This document shows, in pieces, positions 47,238 through 52,330 of a stretch of DNA of 52,330 nucleotides. The notes below the pieces were generated by a model. That model saw only the letters and a list, made by a program, of their open reading frames with translations, did not search any database and was not told the origin of the DNA. Position 1 is the stretch's first letter. The number at the start of each line of letters is the position of its first letter. Source of the DNA: an uncultured Granulosicoccaceae bacterium (GTDB lineage Bacteria; Pseudomonadota; Gammaproteobacteria; Granulosicoccales; Granulosicoccaceae); contig CALLLY010000306.1 of assembly GCA_938008205.1 (NCBI GenBank), positions 1 through 52,330 of the forward strand, read 5' to 3'. The position numbers and the translations under genes were made by a program.

Positions 47238-48140
47238 CTAGTAACGCTCGTCACGATAGTCGCGGTAGTCTTCTCTGTAGTCACCACGGTCACGGTATTC
47301 AGCACGCTCACCACGGTATTCACCACGATCCCGATACTCAGGCTCGCGAACTTCAACTCTTTCACGTGGAGCCGGAGCTGCCGCTTCTGCAGGAGCTGCA
47401 CCTGATACGATCAGGCGATAAATGATCGCGCCCAGTACGGCACCAACGATTGGCGCAATCCAGAAAACTGGAAGCTGGGTCACCGCTACACCACCGGCTT
47501 CGGCATCACCGAACAACTTGGAAACCAGTGCCGGACCAGTACTTCTGGCTGGATTAACAGAAGTGTTAGAAACAGGAATAGAGATCAGGTGAATCAGGGT
47601 TAAACCAAGACCAATAGCGATAGGAGCAAAGCCTGCAGGTGCACGCTCGTCAGTAGCGCCCATGATGATGATCAGGAAGAATGCTGTCATGATAACTTCC
47701 ATGACGATTACTGCTTCCATGCTGAACTTGCCTGGAGAGGCATCACCATAACCGTTAGACGCCAAAGTTGGCACGGCACCGGCGTTCAATGAATCAACCG
47801 CTGCACCTGCATTAGTCACGAACCACTGCAGAACGAAAGCCGCAGCAATTGCACCCAGCACCTGGAACACGATGTAAGGGATCAGATGACCAAAGCCAAA
47901 ACGACCACCCACCCACAAACCGATAGAAACTGCCGGATTGAAGTGACCACCAGAAACGTGACCGACGGCATAAGCCATAGTCATAACGGTAAGACCAAAG
48001 GCCAGTGATACACCGACCAGACCAATATTTATACCGATATCCCCGGCAAAAGTAGCTGCGAAAATCGCACTACCACAGCCCCCTAGCACAAGCCAGAATG
48101 TGCCGAAAAATTCGGCAAGGTACTTATTATGAAAATGCAT
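47238..48140 (-). CDS. aqpZ: Aquaporin Z with a 55-aa Arg/Asp/Glu/Tyr-rich C-terminal extension
   Basis: MIP fold with both NPA boxes ([12 protein letters not shown] and [13 protein letters not shown]) and the AqpZ-type loop [11 protein letters not shown]. After the last TM (...IIYRLIV) comes [55 protein letters not shown]. Confidence 0.9.
   Translation of the reverse strand: MHFHNKYLAEFFGTFWLVLGGCGSAIFAATFAGDIGINIGLVGVSLAFGLTVMTMAYAVGHVSGGHFNPAVSIGLWVGGRFGFGHLIPYIVFQVLGAIAAAFVLQWFVTNAGAAVDSLNAGAVPTLASNGYGDASPGKFSMEAVIVMEVIMTAFFLIIIMGATDERAPAGFAPIAIGLGLTLIHLISIPVSNTSVNPARSTGPALVSKLFGDAEAGGVAVTQLPVFWIAPIVGAVLGAIIYRLIVSGAAPAEAAAPAPRERVEVREPEYRDRGEYRGERAEYRDRGDYREDYRDYRDERY
47241..47405 (-). 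repeat. Low-complexity coding repeat (YRD/YRE units) forming the AqpZ tail
   Basis: Eight Tyr residues, each embedded in (E/D)YR(D/G/E). Visible on the plus strand as reiterated cacgat/cacggt/gtagtc units. Confidence 0.75.
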
Positions 48141-48533
48141 GTAAATTTCCTTTGTTGATTGAGTGAAGCACTATATTTATTATTTTATTCACGATTACCG
48201 GGGAAACACGGACAGCGTTTCCAAAAAGCCGAACCGGCTTCTCCGGATCTCCTGTATTCTCGCAGCAGCATAATAGCCAGCGTGAGATCAAACTCCAATA
48301 CGGTTCCGTAAACCTTTGTAAATGCGCAGCCCGCACCGGCACCTGATCGCTGATATTGTGACAGATTTTAAGCAAACCGAGGTAAATTCGGGGTGTTAAC
48401 GACACAATTGTTAAATTTCGCAGCTGACTGCCTGCCTCATTCGCTATACTCGCCCCGACATCTACGCTGATCGCGTACTACTAAATACCCCCGATACCCT
48501 GTCCACGTTAGCGTAATTCACGCGGAGACTGAT

Positions 48534-49427
48534 TTGTCCAGACTAGAGATCTACCAATCACTTTGGGCGATGGATCCCGGTAGAGGAAGCCATCCCGCCG
48601 TCAGCAATGAAGAAGCGTTTGCCATGGTCAGAGACGCCGGATTTGCAGGCATGGCCATCAATCTGGGTGCCGCAGACATCGATACCGCCTACAAAACCCT
48701 GCCATTGTTTCGGCAAAATGAGCTGGGCTGCGTTATCAATGCATTTCCGGCAAGCATGGAAGATATGCTGCCAGTGCTGAAAATGGCGCGCGAATTTAAC
48801 GCTGTTGCGGTAAATGTTATTGCACAGGTTATCCCCAGTAGCGTCGATGAAGCATCGCTGATGGTGCAGGACTGGATTGAAGAAGCAGAAAAGGAAGAGG
48901 TAACTATTGAATTTGAAACCCACCGCAACTCTATTACTAATGATCTAAATTTCACCACTCAACTTCTCGATGCCGTGCCAGACATGCGTCTGAGCGTGGA
49001 CTTGTCTCACTACGTTGTCGATCGCGAATTCTCATTGCCGCTGGGTGAAGAAGAACAGCAAATGATCGACACAATCCTTAAACGCGCCGATGCATACCAG
49101 GGTCGGGTGGCCTCAGCGCAGCAAATCCAGTTGCAGCTGGAATTTCCGCAACACCAGCAATGGGTAGTGCAATTTCTTGATTGGTGGGAAACCGGCTTTC
49201 GTCACTGGCGTAAACGCGCCTCAGATAAAGACACCCTGATATTCCAAACCGAGCTGGCACCACCCGAATATGCCATGACTGACGCAGAGGGCATGGAAAT
49301 GTCCGACCGCTGGCAGGAATCCTTAATCATGAAAAGCTGGGTCGAAGACATCTGGTCGCGGCTGAGCAAAGAAGAAGCAGAACAAGCGGTTCAGCGAAAA
49401 GAACCTGTCAGCGAATCTACCGACTAG
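48534..49427 (+). CDS. Hypothetical protein, possibly xylose-isomerase-like TIM barrel
   Basis: 297-aa ORF with a TTG start. The overall alternating pattern and the segments AGFAGMAINLG, VTIEFETHRNSITN and RLSVDLSHY resemble AP-endonuclease-2 / sugar-phosphate-isomerase TIM barrels. The call is weak. Confidence 0.45.
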   Translation: MSRLEIYQSLWAMDPGRGSHPAVSNEEAFAMVRDAGFAGMAINLGAADIDTAYKTLPLFRQNELGCVINAFPASMEDMLPVLKMAREFNAVAVNVIAQVIPSSVDEASLMVQDWIEEAEKEEVTIEFETHRNSITNDLNFTTQLLDAVPDMRLSVDLSHYVVDREFSLPLGEEEQQMIDTILKRADAYQGRVASAQQIQLQLEFPQHQQWVVQFLDWWETGFRHWRKRASDKDTLIFQTELAPPEYAMTDAEGMEMSDRWQESLIMKSWVEDIWSRLSKEEAEQAVQRKEPVSESTD

Positions 49428-49467
49428 CTCTTTTCACAGGTACAGGAAATCAACCGTCACAAACCCA

Positions 49468-50193
49468 TTGTCGACCCATATACCTGTTGTTTATCGGGAT
49501 GACCGCCTGACAGTAGTGATAAAACCTGCCGGGTTGCTGGTACATCGCACTCAGCTGGATGCTCATGAACACCGCAATCTGGTTGATCAGTTAGCCAGCC
49601 AGCTGGGTCAGCGAGTTTTTCCGGTACATCGACTGGATAAGCCCACTTCCGGACTGTTGCTGCTGGCGCTGGATGCCGAGTGTGCAAAAGCATTAACCAG
49701 TCAGTTCGAGCAACGCCTTGTCAGTAAGACCTACCGGGCCGTGGTGCGCGGATACACACTGGATACCGGCTGCATCGACTATGCGATCGGTGACAAAGAT
49801 GCCAGACACAGGCGACGCTCACCGGCACTGACTCACTATCAAACGCTTGCGAATATAGAACTGCCCTACCGCCTTGATCGATACCCGACCACACGCTATA
49901 GCCTGATCGAAGTGAAACCGGTTACGGGTCGCCGCCACCAGATTCGACAACATATGAAACACATACACCATCCACTGATTGGAGATACCAGCTATGGCAA
50001 AGCCATACACAATCAGTTTTTTGCCACTCAGTATGACTGCAGGCGGCTGCTGCTACACGCTACTGCGCTTAGCTTTACTCATCCGATCAGTATGCAAAAG
50101 ATCACGCTACAGGCACCGGTAACAAACAACGCCGGAGACGATGGACAATTTGAGCGCGTATTAAACGACCATCGGTGGCAACCGATAGTTTAG
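49468..50193 (+). CDS. truC: tRNA pseudouridine(65) synthase
   Basis: Collinear with E. coli TruC: VVYRDDRLTVVIKPAGLLVHR, VHRLDKPTSGLLLLA (catalytic Asp), RYPTTRYSLIEVKPVTGRRHQIRQHMKHIHHPLIGDTSYG, and LLLHATALSFTHP. TTG start. Confidence 0.85.
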   Translation: MSTHIPVVYRDDRLTVVIKPAGLLVHRTQLDAHEHRNLVDQLASQLGQRVFPVHRLDKPTSGLLLLALDAECAKALTSQFEQRLVSKTYRAVVRGYTLDTGCIDYAIGDKDARHRRRSPALTHYQTLANIELPYRLDRYPTTRYSLIEVKPVTGRRHQIRQHMKHIHHPLIGDTSYGKAIHNQFFATQYDCRRLLLHATALSFTHPISMQKITLQAPVTNNAGDDGQFERVLNDHRWQPIV

Positions 50194-50244
50194 GAACGTA
50201 AGGTCCCCGCCATACTTCACAGGCGGGAACCTCTGTCAAAGATA

Positions 50245-51855
50245 TTAACGATGAATGGATACCCGTTTGGTTTTGCGTCGGAAAATACCCGCCAGTGACA
50301 AACACAACAGCGCGAGTAATCCGGGGTCAACCGGTCCGCTTTTATCAGACAGCACACAACCACCATCAAGACCCGTGCGCACGATCGCATTGTTAACGAT
50401 ATTTACTGCAGTTTCATCGATATCGAGATAGGCGGGATTTCCATCGCCATCGGCATCGGCTTCACCCTCTGCACGATCGGCAATACCGTCACCGTCGCTA
50501 TCGATATCCAGAAAGTTCGGTACACCGTCACCATCGGTATCTACCACGCCTTCCACTGAGTCCGGAATGCCATCGGCATCGCTATCCAGGTCAAGGAAAT
50601 TAGGCAAGCCATCCGCATCGGCATCGGCGTTAGTTTCAGTGGCGTCAGGAATACCGTCCCCGTCACTGTCATCGTCGAGGAAATTGCCTCTGCCATCACC
50701 GTCAGGATCATCCTGACCTTCTACCGAATCCGGTATACCGTCGTTGTCAGAATCGGGTTCATTAGTCGAATCAGACGTCGACGTATCGGGATCTACAAAA
50801 TTTGGTATGAAATCGCCATCGATATCACCATCACCTTCCAGTTGATCAGACACGCCGTCGCCATCACTGTCGGGGTCCAGGTAGTTGGGGATACCGTCAT
50901 TGTCTGTATCACCATCACCTTCTATTGAATCAGCGATGGTATCGTTATCGTCGTCAGGATCGATATAGTCCGGGATTCCATCACCATCTGAGTCACGGAA
51001 GCTGCTTCCGTCTGCGGGATCTGTTCCCTCGACAACTTCGACTGCATCCGGGACGCCATCATTATCGCCATCGGCCTGTGTGTCCGTTTCGGTCGCATCC
51101 TGAAAAGACGCGGTTCCATCGCCATCAGGATCAAACAGCGACTGAACCTTATTGTCGTCGTTTCCAATCAGCTCGTTGAAATCATCGTCATCAAGGTATG
51201 CTGGTATACCATCGCAATCGCGATCATAGTAAGGGTACACACCCGCTTCTGAAAGGTTGCCTATACCGTCACCATCGGCATCACCATCGTTGATATCCGG
51301 AATGCCATCTCCGTCGGTATCCAGAAAAGAGGTTGCTGAGGATTCGTCGGTGCCCTCTGCTATCTCGATGCTGTCATGGACAGTATCGCCATCCGAATCA
51401 ACCTCATGATTATGTGCAGCGTCCTGAAAGGCGGCCGTATTGTTGTTGTCAGGATCAAACTGTGGTTGAACCCGACCATCGGCATTTACAATATTCGGAT
51501 CGTTGTCATCGTCGTCCAGATAAACCGGCACACCATCCATATCTGCGTCGAGATAAGGTTCGCGACCATACTCCAGTTCGTCGAATACGCTGTCACCATC
51601 GGAATCTCTATCGAGGTAATCAGGAATCGTATCACCGTCACTATCGAGGTAATTGGTTGCCTGATCGGGGTCAGTACCTTCCGCAATCTCAACCTGATCG
51701 GGAACACCGTCACCGTCTTTGTCTGTCATCGCCAGTGCAGCGCCTGACGCTGTCAGGCAAAGTAGCGTACCCAGCAGCAATGCGCTGCAAGCAGGCTTTC
51801 GTGCAAAGATCGAAGTTTCAATCTCGCTTGAGAGGAGATGTTTTGTGAAAACCAT
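50245..51855 (-). CDS. Secreted thrombospondin-type-3-like calcium-binding repeat protein with C-terminal sorting-like tail
   Basis: The ATG at complement 51855 gives MVFTKHL...LLLGTLLCLTASGAALA (signal). About 450 aa of D.D.DG(I/V)PD..(E/D) repeats follow. C-terminus: TGLDGGCVLSDKSGPVDPGLLALLCLSLAGIFRRKTKRVSIHR. The upstream part of the track ORF (to 51984) overlaps the preceding gene and is probably not translated. Confidence 0.8.
   Translation of the reverse strand: MVFTKHLLSSEIETSIFARKPACSALLLGTLLCLTASGAALAMTDKDGDGVPDQVEIAEGTDPDQATNYLDSDGDTIPDYLDRDSDGDSVFDELEYGREPYLDADMDGVPVYLDDDDNDPNIVNADGRVQPQFDPDNNNTAAFQDAAHNHEVDSDGDTVHDSIEIAEGTDESSATSFLDTDGDGIPDINDGDADGDGIGNLSEAGVYPYYDRDCDGIPAYLDDDDFNELIGNDDNKVQSLFDPDGDGTASFQDATETDTQADGDNDGVPDAVEVVEGTDPADGSSFRDSDGDGIPDYIDPDDDNDTIADSIEGDGDTDNDGIPNYLDPDSDGDGVSDQLEGDGDIDGDFIPNFVDPDTSTSDSTNEPDSDNDGIPDSVEGQDDPDGDGRGNFLDDDSDGDGIPDATETNADADADGLPNFLDLDSDADGIPDSVEGVVDTDGDGVPNFLDIDSDGDGIADRAEGEADADGDGNPAYLDIDETAVNIVNNAIVRTGLDGGCVLSDKSGPVDPGLLALLCLSLAGIFRRKTKRVSIHR
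50420..51720 (-). repeat. Array of Asp-rich Ca-binding (TSP3-like) coding repeats
   Basis: Reiterated DSDGDGIPD, DTDNDGIPN, DADGDGIGN, DGDGVPD and similar units. Approximate borders. Confidence 0.75.
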
Positions 51856-51880
51856 GTGCAATCCAACTAAAATTTTTTGT

Positions 51881-52330
51881 TTAACACCATCTTCGCCGGG
51901 TGATACCCAGCAGAGCAGCCCCCAGCAGCAACAGCAAGCTCCAGTCAATCTGCAGACCAATTCGCTGTATTGAGCAACCACCACCCAGTGTACCGGTACC
52001 CGTATTCAGTAACGCACCGGCTACCGGGTCAAATTCATAGACCTTGCTAATGCTATTCAACTGTGGCGTACCAGCGATCAGGTCCAGCAGTCCATCACCG
52101 TCAGCATCCACATCGAAAGCATCTACTATTCCATCTGCGTCCGCATCTTCACCGAAAGTGTGGTCGGTATCATATAAATCATCGATAAAATCACCATCGA
52201 CATCGGAACCATTGGTGTAAAACTGATCGACACTATCTGCAATACCGTTGTTATTGTGATCACGGAAGTCATCGAGCCTGCCATCACTATCGGTGTCTGT
52301 CCCACCGGATTCGATAAGATCGCTGCGGGT
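51881..52330 (-). CDS. Asp-rich calcium-binding repeat protein, C-terminal part (N-terminus beyond window), same sorting-like tail
   Basis: My translation is in frame from 52330: TRSDLIESGGTDTDSDGRLDDFRDHNNNGIADSVDQFYTNGSDVDGDFIDDLYDTDHTFGEDADADGIVDAFDVDADGDGLLDLIAG...NTGTGTLGGGCSIQRIGLQIDWSLLLLLGAALLGITRRRWC*. The track lists only the last 76 aa. Confidence 0.7.
   Translation of the reverse strand, partial: TRSDLIESGGTDTDSDGRLDDFRDHNNNGIADSVDQFYTNGSDVDGDFIDDLYDTDHTFGEDADADGIVDAFDVDADGDGLLDLIAGTPQLNSISKVYEFDPVAGALLNTGTGTLGGGCSIQRIGLQIDWSLLLLLGAALLGITRRRWC

Noticed and set aside
48141-48533. The long 394-bp aqpZ / TIM-barrel intergenic region with small hairpins (GGAAAC..GTTTCC, AAGCCG-AAC-CGGCTT) as a possible riboswitch or sRNA, and ORF 48127..48405
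   Set aside because: The stems are short and match no RNA family I recognise. The ORF overlaps the aqpZ start and has no supporting features. It is noted only as an unusually long leader region.
50400-51720. Highly periodic DNA that might look like a CRISPR or tandem-repeat array
   Set aside because: The periodicity is degenerate, lies inside one long ORF and translates into D.D.DG..D calcium-binding repeats. There are no identical repeats with unique spacers.

Overview
Densely coding chromosomal segment, by gene content a (probably marine) gammaproteobacterium, with about 45 protein genes on both strands and one tRNA-Arg(UCG). I saw no transposase, integrase, prophage module, CRISPR array or rRNA. 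Recognisable housekeeping and envelope genes include partial mlaA, a GbsR-type regulator, an OmpA/BON protein, a Crp/Fnr regulator, mnmH (selU), an FAH hydrolase + SDR + GMC oxidoreductase cluster, an RND efflux pair, cobB, argG, gltA, an aldose epimerase, a Ser/Thr kinase, a TerC protein, comEA, recQ, a DUF1800/DUF1501 pair, an Atm1-like ABC exporter, a ghrA-like dehydrogenase, aqpZ and truC. The best candidate for something undescribed is at 9465-10526. A 66-aa, acid-free, Lys/His-rich micro-protein carries three copies of TTGAANQ(S/P)P..x..H, conserved at the peptide level but not the DNA level. It lies 30 bp upstream of a 276-aa protein I cannot place in a characterised family, so the pair could be a modified-peptide (RiPP-like) module. 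Other points of interest:
- two adjacent Asp-rich calcium-repeat proteins that share a non-canonical C-terminal sorting-like tail;
- an aquaporin Z with a 55-aa Arg/Asp/Glu/Tyr repeat tail;
- a 1617-aa lipoprotein combining a CE4-like deacetylase, six ~93-aa tandem Ig-like repeats and a duplicated ~185-aa module;
- an OmpA/BON protein apparently co-transcribed with a membrane-anchored ~600-aa coiled coil;
- a 22-bp perfect palindrome in the argG/gltA divergent promoter.
All family calls rest on motifs read by eye; no database search was run.
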